Source: Macrostomum lignano
Lineage: Eukaryota
DNA length: 64,000 nt
Reading direction: 5' to 3'
Assembly: GCA_002269645.1 (NCBI GenBank)
Contig: NIVC01002639.1
Location: forward strand, 1 to 64,000
Made by a program: the position numbers and the translations under genes. Position 1 is the first letter of the stretch. Every line of letters begins with the position of its first letter. Of this stretch, positions 1-11,469 are shown piece by piece. A model generated the notes under the pieces. It was not told the origin of the DNA, ran no database searches, and saw only the letters and a program-made list of their open reading frames with translations.

Positions 1-450
1 AATCTGACCAATTATAGAATCTGCACATTGTATCTTGAATCTGACCATTATAGAATGTGATCATTGTAGAATCCGAAATCTATATAGTCTGCAAATTTTA
101 GCATCTGAATATTATAGAATCTGCACATTGTAGAATCTGAATATTATATAAAATATAATCTCACATTGTAGAACCAAGGACAACTTAAGTGGTAGGACGC
201 AACACTCGAGTATCGTATAATTCAGTTGTCGTTGTGTAGAACCTGCACATTATATCTTGGAATCCGAACATTATAGAATCTGTACATTGTGGAATCTGTA
301 CACGATAGAATCTGCACATTATAGAAACTGCACATTACGCTCGTATAGACTCACACGGAATCTGCACATTATAATGTAGATTCCCCATACGATATAATCT
401 GAACATTATAATGTAGATTCCCCATACAATATAATCTGCACATTGTTGAA
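1..450. repeat. Degenerate ~17-bp tandem repeat (aatctgcacattatag)
   Basis: Many diverged copies visible. Confidence 0.7.
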
Positions 451-682
451 GCTACACGAAACAAAATTTTGAGCTGGAAATTTCTCAGAGGCATAAAATT
501 GCAATAGCCTAGCCGTGTGTATGACCTTTGACGATACAAGTTTCGAGTTGAGCTGGGTGCTTGATATCATGCTGACCGTCTATTCCAGCTCAAAGATCGC
601 ATAGCGACAGACAGTGGCCCTCCTTCGCTGACAAACTTTCGAATACAGAGATTTAATATAACAAAATATCAATCGGACCCTA

Positions 683-3600
683 ATGCTGGCCGACAGCAAT
701 AACAATAAGAAGGCGGATGAGTCGGATAGCACTCAAGCCCAGCCTGCTCCAACTGTGGACTCCAACAGCAATAGCAGTAGCGACTCTGAACAGCTGCTAC
801 TCCTATCTGATTTCGTGCTGCTTCCTCCCGATATCCCGGATGCCAAGAGTAGCAAGGCAGTTGCCTCCGATGCCAATCATAGGCAGTACGTGAGGTACTC
901 GCCAGCCTGGCGATCGCACGGTACTGCTATTCGATGCCGTGCAACAGACCAGTGGCCGGCTGTGCTACACCAGCTCGGACCGGGCGCCTGTCCGCTCTAT
1001 TTCAGCATTGGTGACAATCAGCAGCAGCCGGCCGAAGCCCTGTCGGATGTCAGCCTGATGCTGGCCGAATGGAACGATCCGGACGCTATGCGACTAGGCG
1101 AAGACTGTTGGCCAGCCGATCAGCTTGTTGATTTTGCGCCACTGCCGGCGCCTACGCAGTTAACCGACGCGCCAGCGGACGCCATGAGCGACGAAGCTGC
1201 TGTTGAAGCGCCGGCCACCGCGCTGGCTCTGCTGAAGCCGGGCACCGATCGGGCTAAGCTGACTAGCCGGCTAGCCAATGCCGGGGCTCGAACTCACAAC
1301 CTGTGGCCAGTGCCGGTGTCGGCCGCGCTTCGATTAGACAGTCGGCTGAATGGGCAGCGACGCGCGGCGCCCTATTGACGACAACATTGGCGACGCCAAT
1401 GACGAAGCTTTTGCGCCAGAACCTGTCGGCGAGGCCGAGTCAGAGAGCAAGCGGCCTCGCCTATCGATAGATGCTAATCAACCTCTATGGCAGGTGCAGC
1501 CGGGAAAGGTAACCTCCGGAAGCATCCCGAAGGTTTCATCTCCCCTCCTTGGGTCTCATCCCCTCCTAAGGGTTACATCTCTCCCTTCCTTAATCCTTGG
1601 TGTTTCATCTCTTCTCCTTCCTTGTGCGTTTCATCTCTCCCCTCCTTGGGGTTTCATCTCTCCCCTCCTTGGGGTTTCATCTCTCCCCTCCTTGGGGTTT
1701 CATCTCTCCCCTCCTTGGGGTTTCATCTCTCCGCTCCTTGGGGTTTCATCTCTCCGCTCCTTGGGGTTTCATCTCTCCGCTCCTTGGGGTTTCATCTCCC
1801 CCTTCCTTGGGGTTTCATCTCCCCTCTTTGGGGTTTCATCTCTCCGCTCCTTGGGGTTTCATCTCTCCGCTCCTTGGGGTTTCATCTCTCCGCTCCTTGG
1901 GGTTTCATCTCTCCCCTCCTTGGGGTTTCATCTCTCCGCTCCTTGGGGTTTCATCTCTCCGCTCCTTGGGGTTTCATCTCTCCCCTCCTTGGGGTTTCAT
2001 CTCCCCATCCTTGGGTTTCATCTCCCCATCCTTGGGTTTCATCTCTCCCCTCCTTGGGGTTTCATCTCTCCGCTCCTTGGGGTTTCATCTCTCCCCTCCT
2101 TGGGGTTTCATCTCTCCGCTCCTTGGGGTTTCATCTCTCCCCTCCTTGGGGTTTCATCTCTCCCCTCCTTGGGTTTCATCTCCCCATCCTTGGGGTTTCA
2201 TCTCCCCATCCTTGGGGTTTCATCTCTCCCCTCCTTGGGGTTTCATCTCTCCCCTCCTTGGGGTTTCATCTCTCCCCTCCTTGGGGTTTCATCTCTCCGC
2301 TCCTTGGGGTTTCATCTCTCCCCTCCTTGGGGTTTCATCTCCTCTCCTTCCTTGTGCGTTTCATCTCTCCCCTCCTTGGGGTTTCATCTCCCCATCCTTG
2401 GGGTTTCATCTCTCCCCTCCTTGGGGTTTCATCTCTCCGCTCCTTGGGGTTTCATCTCTCCGCTCCTTGGGGTTTCATCTCTCCGCTCCTTGGGGTTTCA
2501 TCTTCCCATCCTTGGGGTTTCATCTCTCCCCTGCTTGGGGTTTCATCTCTCCGCTCCTTGGGGTTTCATCTCTCCCTACCTTGGGTTTCATCTCTCCGCT
2601 CCTTGGGGTTTCATCTCTCCCCTTCTTTGAGTTTCATTTTTTCCTTCCCTGAGAGGTTTTGTCTCTTCCCTCCCGTAGCTTTCATCTCTTCCTTGTGGCT
2701 CTACTCTACTCTTCTTTCCGAAAATCGCCTCCAACCTCTAAAAAGTCAAGCACCCATAAGCACGAATTGTTTCAATCATTTCCATACAGCAGGCCTATCT
2801 GCGCATCACCGGCCTGAGACGTAGCGCCGATCCCGTGCAGCTAACGGACCTCACTATGCACCAGCTGGCCGGCCTGGCTCTCACCGGCTATTCATTCTAT
2901 CCGCCCGGGCCAGCGGACTGCGGCAAAGCTGTACAATGCACTTTTAAACCCGATGTGCGGCCAGTTCCATAGAATCAGCGGCTGACGATCTGGTTCGCAT
3001 GTTCCAACGGCAGGGCCTGCAGGATTCCGAGCGGCGGCCAGTGACTGCCAGTGTTGTCCTGCCCGACAGTGTCGGTGCCAGTAGTCTGGCCAATCGCATG
3101 CCGGATAGCTTTGGCGACAGTTTTGTCTTGTTGCAAAAGGAGACGGCTGCCGATCCGGTGGGTTTGGGTTTGGGTTCGGGTTTGGGTTAGGGTTTGGGTT
3201 TGGGTTAGGGTTTGGGTTTGGGTTAAGGTTTGGGTTAGGGTTTGGGTTTGGGTTTGGGTTAAGGTTTGGGTTTGGGTTCGGGTTTGGGTTTGGGTTAGGG
3301 TTTGGGTTTGGGTTAAGGTTTGGGTTTGGGTTCGGGTTTGGGTTTGGGTTTGGGTTTGGGTTTGGGTTAAGGTTTGGGTTTGGGTTAAGGTTTGGGTTTG
3401 GATTCGGGTTTGGGTTTGGGTTTGGGTTTGGGTTAAGGTTTGGGTTTGGGTTAAGGTTTGGGTTTGGGTTTGGGTTAGAGTTTGGGTTTAGGTTAGAGTT
3501 TAGGGTTTAGGTTAGAGTTTGGGTTAAGGTTAGGGTTTTGATTTGGGTTTGGGTTAAGGTGTGGGTTAAAGTTTGGGTTAGGAGAGAGTTTACTGAATTT

Positions 3601-6600
3601 TTGAGTTGCAAGTTGAATCTATATTGTAAAAGTATGTAAATAGGATACTGTGGAATTCTTTGGATGAGCTATTGTGGAATTGTGCAGATAGGATATTGTT
3701 GAGTTATGTTGTAGATATGATACATAGGAATTGGTCTTTGGGATAGATATTAAGCAGCTATATTAAGTTATATGTATTAACTACGCTGTTGGGATATGGA
3801 GGGGATATTTTTAAACTAGTCTAGTTTCCTAGTCTAGTAAGTATATGAGAAATTTTATAGTGTTGTAAATTCATAAATAAAATTTAAAAATCAATCAATC
3901 AATCCGCAGGTGTTTCTACTAATCTGGAACCTGCCCAGCGATCTAAGCGCCAATTTAATAGTGCACAGAATGCGCCGATTCCTGCCTATGGCGCGCAGCT
4001 TCTACTGTCCCCGGCCAGTCCCCGCCAGCAGCGGCCAGCTGCGCAACTGCGGCTTCGCTGTGGCCAGATTTAATCGGCCGGCCGATTGCGCTCACGCTAT
4101 GGAGCGGATGAGATCGGCCACCCAGCAGCAGCTGATGGCCATTTTCTGCTCCGGACTCATCCGAGTTAGCTATGCCGCTTTGCTGGTGAGGCTTAATGGA
4201 AATTTGGTCATTAGAATTGACCGGAAACGGTTGCTAGGTGGATCATTAGAATTGACCGGAAACGGTTGCTAGGTGGATCATTAGAATTGACCGGAAACGG
4301 TTGCTAGGTGGGTCATTAGAATTGACCGGAAACGGTTGCTAGGTGGATCATTAGAATTGACCGGAAACGGTTTCTAGGTGGGTCATTAGAATTGACCGGA
4401 AACGGTTGCTAGGTAGGTCATTAGAATTGACCGGAAACGGTTGCTAGGTGGATCATTAGAATTGACCGGAAACGGTTTCTAGGTGGGTCATTAGAATTGA
4501 CCGGAAACGGTTGCTAGGTAGGTCATTGGCACTGACCGGAAACGGTTGCTAGGTAGGTCATTGGCACTGACCGGAAACGGTTGCTAGGTAGGTCATTGGC
4601 ACTGACCGGAAACGGCTGCTAGGTAGGTCATTGGCACTGACCGGAAACGGTTGCTAGGTAGGTCATTGGCACTGACCGGAAACGGTTGCTAGGTAGGTCA
4701 TTGGCACTGACCGGAAACGGTTGCTAGGTAGGTCATTGGCACTGACCGGAAACGGTTGCTAGGTAGGTCATTGGCACTGACCGGAAACGGTTGCTAGGTA
4801 GGTCATTGGCACTGACCGGAAACGGTTGCTAGGTAGGTCATTGGCACTGACCGGAAACGGCTGCTAGGTAGGTCATTGGCACTGACCGGAAACGGTTGCT
4901 AGGTAGGTCATTGGCACTGACCGGAAACGGCTGCTAGGTAGGTCATTGGCACTGACCGGAAACGGTTGCTAGGTAGGTCATTGGCACTGACCGGAAACGG
5001 TTGCTAGGTAGGTCATTGGCACTGACCGGAAACGGTTGCTAGGTAGGTCATTGGCACTGACCGGAAACGGCTGCTAGGTAGGTCATTGGCACTGACCGGA
5101 AACGGTTGCTAGGTAGGTCATTGGCACTGACCGGAAACGGTTGCTAGGTAGGTCAATGCCACTGACCGGAAACGGTTACTTGTTCGGTAATTGACTCGTA
5201 GCGGTTGCTAGGTGGATCACTATTTTTGAAGTGAAAATATTGCTCCACACTCCACTAAAGTGATAATATTGCTGGAAGCTCCACACTGGCTTGGACCTTA
5301 TAATACATGTAAGCCTAATCTACTCGTAGTATCGTTAGCAAAAGCAACCCTCTTCGCCCCCCCCCCTCGCCAGGAAACCTGCCACGTGCCGCCAATGTTC
5401 ACCTTTCCCTGCCATAATCTTCTGCCTTGGCTGATCAACGCCAATCAGAACAGCGAAAATCCGCTCGACTTCCTACTGGACTCGCCGCCCTATTCGCCGG
5501 CTCCGTTTACCTGCCCCTGCCATCCGGACGCCATGCCGTCCGCGCCCGCCGGCGGCATGTTCGACTGGCTGGCCTTCACGCTGCGAATGCGACTGCCGGC
5601 TGACGGCGACCCCATCCAGACGGTCAGGTAAGAGACCGCCGTATGAACCTCTCTTCTCCCCCCCCCCCCGCATGACCGTCTCTTCTACCCCCCCCCGCAT
5701 GACCGTCTCTTCTACTCCCCCCCCTGCATGATCGTCTCTTCTACCCCCCCCCCTGCATGACCGTCTCTTCTACCCCCCCCCTGCATGACCGTCTCTTCTA
5801 CCCCCCTGCATGACCGTCTCTTCTACCCCCCCCCCTGCATGACCGTCTCTTCTACCCCCCCCCCGCATGACCGTCTCTTCTACTCTCCTTGACCGTCTCT
5901 CATGTACCCCCCCATAGAGATCTATATAGCTGTATTTGATGAAGATTTCGACCATCTATCTTCTCTAACCCTCCAATTACTAACTTACCCAACCGGCCTG
6001 TAACATCCGCAGGCTGCTGTCGGATCTGATGCTGGAAAGCGAAGAGCTGGTGCTAATTCACGTCACGGCCGCCTGGCTCTCTTCGGCATCGAGTGCAAAA
6101 ACATCGGCATGGGCTGCGGCGACATCGCGGCTGCACCCGGTCAACCGGCACGGCAACGCCGCCCTGCTGCTGGCGCTGAACAATGGCGAAGTTGACGATG
6201 CCAACAACAACAACAGCAGCAGCAGCAGATCTTCGAGTTGCTCTCGCACGGAGGAAGACGCCACTACATTCGACCGGTCCGCGGAGCAGTGGCGCCTGCT
6301 GCCGCCGAGCCGTCCGCTCCGCTGCTGGCAGCTGACCGGCTTGCCTACTGAAGCCGACCGGACGGAATTAGCCGTGGCTATTCGACGCGCTTTCCCTAGC
6401 CGAGTGGCCGACAACCTGTACATTGCCGGGCATGCCTCTTTGAACTGCCAGCTGGCCGTCCTGCGCCTGCCAGTCTCCATGTCGGCCAAGGTGGCCGAGT
6501 CCGCTGCCAGCCGCCTTGCCAAGGAGCTGCCCGGCCAGTCTGAGCTGCGCCTTCGCCAATGGTGCGGCAAACCGACTCGACTGGCCGACCTGCGGCCAAC

Positions 6601-8679
6601 TCTGGCGCCGTTCTGCCCCGTGCCAGACGGTTGCGCGACTCGCTGCCAGTTCATCCTGGCCTGGAATCTGCACCGCCAATTGGCCGCTGCCGAGGTGGCA
6701 GCCAGATTTCTGGATCGGTTCCCGCTGGTGAGATGCTTTCTGCTTTTGTTTTCGTTTTGTTTTATTGCCGCATGACCCCCCCCCCCAGTTTTCTCTAGAG
6801 GAACCCTAATTCTTCAAACCCAATTTCTAAACCCTACCTAAATCCCATCCGAAACCCCATCCTAAACTCTATCCTAAACTCTATCCTAAACCCCATCTTA
6901 AACCCCAGTTCCTGAACCCCATCCTAAACCCTACCTAAACCCCATCCTAAACGTTATCACAAACCCCATCTTAAACCCCATCTTAAACCCATCCTAAACC
7001 TCATCCTTAACCCCATCATAAACTCCATTCTAAACCTCATCCTAAACCCCATCTTAAACCCCAGTTCCACCCGGTTCCTAAACCCCATCCTAAACCTCAT
7101 CCTAAACCCCATCTTAAACCCCAGTTCCACCCCAGTTCCTAAACCCCATCCTAAACCTTATCCTAAACCCCATCATAAACTCCATTCTAAACCTCATCCT
7201 AAACCCCATCTTAAACCCCAGTTCCACCCCAGTTCCTAAACCCCATCCTAAACCTTATCCTAAACCCCATCATAAACTCCATTCTAAACCTCATTCTAAA
7301 CCCCATCTTAAACCCCAGTTCCACCCCAGTTCCTAAACCCATCCTAAACCCCATCCTAAACCTTACCTAAACCCCTTACCTAAACACCTTACCTTACCTA
7401 AATCCTAAACCTCTTCCTAAACCCCATCTTAAACCCCAGTTCCACCCCAGTTCCTAAACCCCATCCTAAACCTTACCTAAACCCCATCCTAAATTTTATC
7501 CTAAACCCCATCTTTAACCCCAATTCCTAAACTCTAACCAGTCGATTTCCGGTGCTCCCCGCATGCTCTCTAACGCAACTTGCAGATTCGCAGCGTTTTC
7601 GCTCCAACTGCGCCAGCCAGTTTGGCCAGTGGCGCTAACAATCTCGGCTATTGCGTTCTGCGCTTTGATCGGCCGCGCGACTGCGCCAGAGCCCTGGCCG
7701 CTCTGCGCTCCCTGTCCGCAGCCGACCTGGCCAATCTCTGCTGCCCGGCCGGGCCGGCCTATTTCACCCTGTGCCGAATGGACGACATCTGCTGCCTGCC
7801 GCCGTTTCAGTTCCCCTGTCACAATCTGCTGCCTTGGCACGGCCGCCGCTTCCCCGAGCACGTGAGCTGAGCTGCTGCGTCTGTCTGCTTTTTTATTACC
7901 TGGCGCTCTCTGGCTTGCCTACTTGTCTCATTTGCTCCTTATCTTTTGTACGAATACTTAGTTTGACATGCATGCCACCTTGAGAATCGCCTCTGACACT
8001 CACAGTGCCTTGAGAATCGCCTCTGACACTCACAGTGCCTTGAGAATCGCCTTTGACACTCACAGTACCTTAAGAATCATCGCTTTAATCATCTACAAAC
8101 TTTTGAAAATCGCCTTTGACGCCCGTCTCCCCCTTGATAATCGCCTTTGACGCCCGTCTCCCCCTTGAGAATCGCCTTTGACGCCCGTCTCCCCCTTGAG
8201 AATCGCCTTTGATGCCCGTCTCCCCCTTGAGAATCGCCTTTGACGCCCGTCTCCCCCTTGAGAATCGCCTTGACGCCCGTCTCCCCCTTAAGAATCGCTT
8301 TGACGCCCGTCTCCCCCTTGAGAATCGCCTTTGACGCCCGTCTCCCCTCGAGAATCGCATAAGAGGCGAAGTGCATAAGCCCTGAAACATACGAGTAAAA
8401 TGCGAACTCTTGCCGAACAGCCGCGCACCAACCAACCCGTGTCCGCAGGCCCGCGCCCTCTGCCTGGAGTCCTGGCAGCGGCCCTTCCGCTGCATCTGCC
8501 ACCCGGACGCGGCCTCATATTCGCCGGCATCTGTAGATCAGCTGATCCGGCTTAGCCGCCTAATCCGCATCGCTGGCTCCCCTAGCAACAGCGCCTGCAG
8601 TCCGGAGGGCCTGCGCGACTCGCTGTCCGAGCTGCTCGAAGCTGCCGAGTCTGACTTGGCCGAGTCCAGCCAGCAGTAG
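683..8679 (+). CDS. Multi-RRM RNA-binding-like protein (~980 aa if two 1-bp frame breaks are corrected), with an internally duplicated RRM-RRM-Cys/His module
   Basis: Exons with GT/AG and consistent phases: 683-1508, 2790-3157, 3910-4185, 5374-5627, 6013-6727, 7586-7861, 8449-8679. RNP2/RNP1-like motifs: LLIWNLP...NCGFAVARF (exon 3) and ILAWNLH...NLGYCVLRF (exons 5/6). LRITGL and WQLTGL start two further RRM-like units. Frame breaks at ~1351 (GGG run) and ~2950 (CCC run). The RRM call comes from motif recognition, not an HMM search. Confidence 0.75.
1524..2625. repeat. 23-bp minisatellite (ccttggggtttcatctctcccct), intron 1 of the RRM gene
   Basis: Direct tandem units; source of the three spurious overlapping ORFs. 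Confidence 0.97.
3160..3580. repeat. Interstitial telomere-like array (GGGTTT/GGGTTA)n, intron 2 of the RRM gene
   Basis: Hexamer array starting at the donor GTGGGTTT, with scattered TTAGGG units. Confidence 0.95.
4200..5180. repeat. 35-bp minisatellite (tgaccggaaacggttgctaggtaggtcattggcac)
   Basis: Tandem units with a variant gradient along the array. Confidence 0.97.
5640..5900. repeat. ~28-bp C-rich minisatellite (cccccccgcatgaccgtctcttcta)
   Basis: Direct tandem units in intron 4. Confidence 0.93.
6810..7530. repeat. Degenerate C-rich (cctaaaccccat) array, intron 5
   Basis: Direct tandem units resembling the telomere C-strand. Confidence 0.9.
7975..8355. repeat. Two related ~30-bp minisatellites (gagaatcgcctttgac...), intron 6
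   Basis: Direct tandem units. Confidence 0.93.
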
Positions 8680-9518
8680 CGTTTAGAGACGCTATATAAC
8701 AATTCCGAATGTTTGCAAATATCCGAATACGAAAATCAAAAAAAGTTTTATGACTGCAGATGCAGAATGAGTGCTAATTACGTATTTATATAAAATTAAT
8801 TTGTTGGTCTTCCTTTTGTCTATTCTATGAATCAAATGTAGGAAATACTACGAGTAATAAGTACGCAGATAATAAAGATTATTTTATCAATCGCATGTTT
8901 TACTATTTAGTCTTTTAAAATGCGTTTCATCCGTATGGCTAATACTGATCTCTCGCTTGCAGAGCTTAAAACTTCTTCTGCATTAATAAAGGTTGCATTT
9001 TCTGTTATTTTTTGTTTTGATTTTTTCGCACGTGCTCAAAGTTTGTCAGGCTATTTTGCTATTTCTGTGTTTTTGTTTATTAATTGTTATGCCTAGACTA
9101 ATTTTAATAGGCTTATAATAATTGCAGCGCATTTTAGGTAAGCTAACAGGTCAGCATCTGTCAGAAGAATCTAATAAAAAATACAACCGCATGTGCATTG
9201 ACATAAATCACTTTATCGGCTTGACTTTGTGTAACCAAGCCTGTCTTTATGCTTTTTCGTTTGTTGTTCAAGCATATTCCGAGTAGTTTATGTACGAGCT
9301 CGTACATGAACTTTCTCTTTCTTTAAAAAATATAAATTTTTAAACTTAAAAAAGTATATTAGTGTTTCTCATCTTATCCTTTTATACTACCAATTACCAG
9401 TTCGTATTTGCTCTTTTGTCTTTTCTTTTTGGTGAAAGAGGGATTACATGGTCAAATAGATTAATTAGTGAGCGCGCAAACATTTTCAGTGTCAATCATC
9501 CCTGTTAAAAAACGAAAG

Positions 9519-9704
9519 CGACTATCATTAGTCTTTGGTCTTAAACAGACCGTAAGCCAGTGCGGCAGCAGTCGGCTCGTTCATGATCGCAGCACGTTCA
9601 GTCCGGCAATCACCCGGCATCTTTTGTTGCCTGTTGCTGACTGCCATTGAAGAGGCCGGCACCGTGATCAGAATTTGTTTAAGACCGAAGACTAATGATA
9701 GTCG
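9519..9704. mobile_element. 29-bp inverted-repeat cassette enclosing the HSP70 fragment (possible Pack-type non-autonomous element)
   Basis: cgactatcattagtctttggtcttaaaca (9519-9547) versus tgtttaagaccgaagactaatgatagtcg (9676-9704): reverse complements with 1 mismatch. No TSD seen. Confidence 0.6.
9546..9668 (-). pseudogene. HSP70: Decayed HSP70 nucleotide-binding-domain fragment (ITVPAyFNGSQQQATKDAGvIAGLNVLrIMNEPTAAALAYGL)
   Basis: The minus-strand translation matches the invariant HSP70 segment ITVPAYFNDSQRQATKDAGxIAGLNVLRIINEPTAAA(L/I)AYGL once three 1-bp deletions are allowed. Confidence 0.92.
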
Positions 9705-11469
9705 ATCTCGTTTAGCTCGTAAAATCGTTTCTCAAATGAAAAACCAAAGTTTTGTTTTTTTATTTTAAAGCACGCTATATTTTCGAAACATTGTCCATCT
9801 CTATAGATTTTAATTCGTTGAAATTACAACGAATTTCAACGAATCTTTGCATACTTTGCATAATTTGCATACAAATCTTTTTATGCTGTATACGACCAAA
9901 TAATTATAAATAAAGCAGCTAAAGTAGATTTTCCTCTATTGTACAGCAACGCTTTAAGGCTTGCTTTAGGTGTACTTTTATTTATTACGTACGTATTGCG
10001 GCAATGCCGTATATTTTGTTAGTTTGCTTTAAATTAAGCAAGCACATTTGACTTCGAACAAATAGACTATTTTTCTCCCGCGGCCATCTATCCGCTACAT
10101 TACATTAGATTAGGCATTATGCCCTGGCCAGCACCATTCTATTCCTTACTCTGTCCCTCCTTATTTCATTACCTACACTGCAGGAATCTTAATTTTCAGC
10201 AATCCTTTTCTCTTTTCATACCTTAATCGCTTTAGACCTATCCAGTATATTTGAGTTGTTTGTGTTTAACGATTTTATAACAGAGGGCAGAGGCATACAT
10301 CACATGTAGAGTACTCCATTAAATGTATTTGGTATTTTACCCTATGCAACTTAATATCTTAGTAACTACTTTTTCAGTACTGGCTACTTTTGTAGTATTT
10401 GATTATTTTTCCCCACAAGGCCACAATACCTCTAACTCTTGTCTGTATATATGTAGTATTAGTATGTTAAAATACTATACCTTACTATTTTGTCATTTAT
10501 ATACATTTAACTTCCTTTATTTTTTCTTTAGGTTTTATATTTATTTAGTTTCATTATTAGACTTTGTAAAAAATGTATCTATTACTAAATCATTGTTTAC
10601 AATGATTAATCAGCTTTGATGTTTTTTATAAACTTATATTTAGGCTTATGGCTATATTTAGCCATTTAGGCCCAAATATTTTTAGGACTAACTAGCAATC
10701 TAGTGCCCCCCTTCGGGGTGGCCAATAAGCAAGGGACGAATCCTTTAAAATGAAAAGAATTCTTAGGGAGGGGGCTAGGAATCGAATTCTCATTTTAATT
10801 CTGGGGCTTATGTACCAATAAAACATGCTTGTTTAGAATTTTAAAACTGACAATTCAACCTACTTGCCTTCTTTCAGAGCAATAGCGTACTACTTCTGTT
10901 GCGGTGCAAGCAGTACGCTCTGCAACAACTGGAAAAGCAACTACAGCTAAAAAAAAGTCTATTAAACTGAACAATATTGTCTTTATTAATTTCCAACGAA
11001 TTATCGAATAAAAACAGAACAGTTCAAAGCTATAGTCAAAAGGATAAGAACTAAGATGTTTTTGCAGAAGGCTTTGCCAACAAGATTGGTAAAATTAATA
11101 AACAGACAAGAAAGTATAGCTTTCACAAAGATCACAGTCATTACCCCTAAATAGAAAATATTCCCAAGACAGCAAGCATCCCCCCAGTAGCAAGCATCCC
11201 CAAATACTCCTAGCAAGCATCCACCCAGATAGCAAGCATTCCCTAATACTCCTAGCAAGCATCCACCCAGATAGCAAGCATTCCCTAATACTCCTAGCAA
11301 GCATCCACCCAGATAGCAAGCATCTGCAGATAGCAAGTATCTTGCAGATAGCAAGCATACCCCAAATAATGTAGAAGCATCCTTCAAGATAGCAAGCATC
11401 CTGCACAAAGCAAGAATCCCTAAATAGCAAGCATCCCTGGATAGAAATAATCCTATACATGTAGCCAAG

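Noticed and set aside
1350-2824. Long 350-445-aa ORFs with 23-aa periodicity
   Set aside because: Translations of a stop-free 23-bp intronic minisatellite; only 1350-1508 and 2790 onward look exonic.
3160-3580. True telomere or chromosome end
   Set aside because: Internal, mostly GGGTTT variant, and flanked by in-phase exons of one gene.
4200-5180. CRISPR-like appearance of 28-39-bp palindromic repeats (also 33595-34050 and 55875-56325)
   Set aside because: No unique spacers, no cas genes, eukaryotic context.
4207-5180. ACCG-N4-CGGT, the papillomavirus E2 binding consensus, in each unit
   Set aside because: No viral sequence nearby; a short palindrome amplified by tandem duplication.
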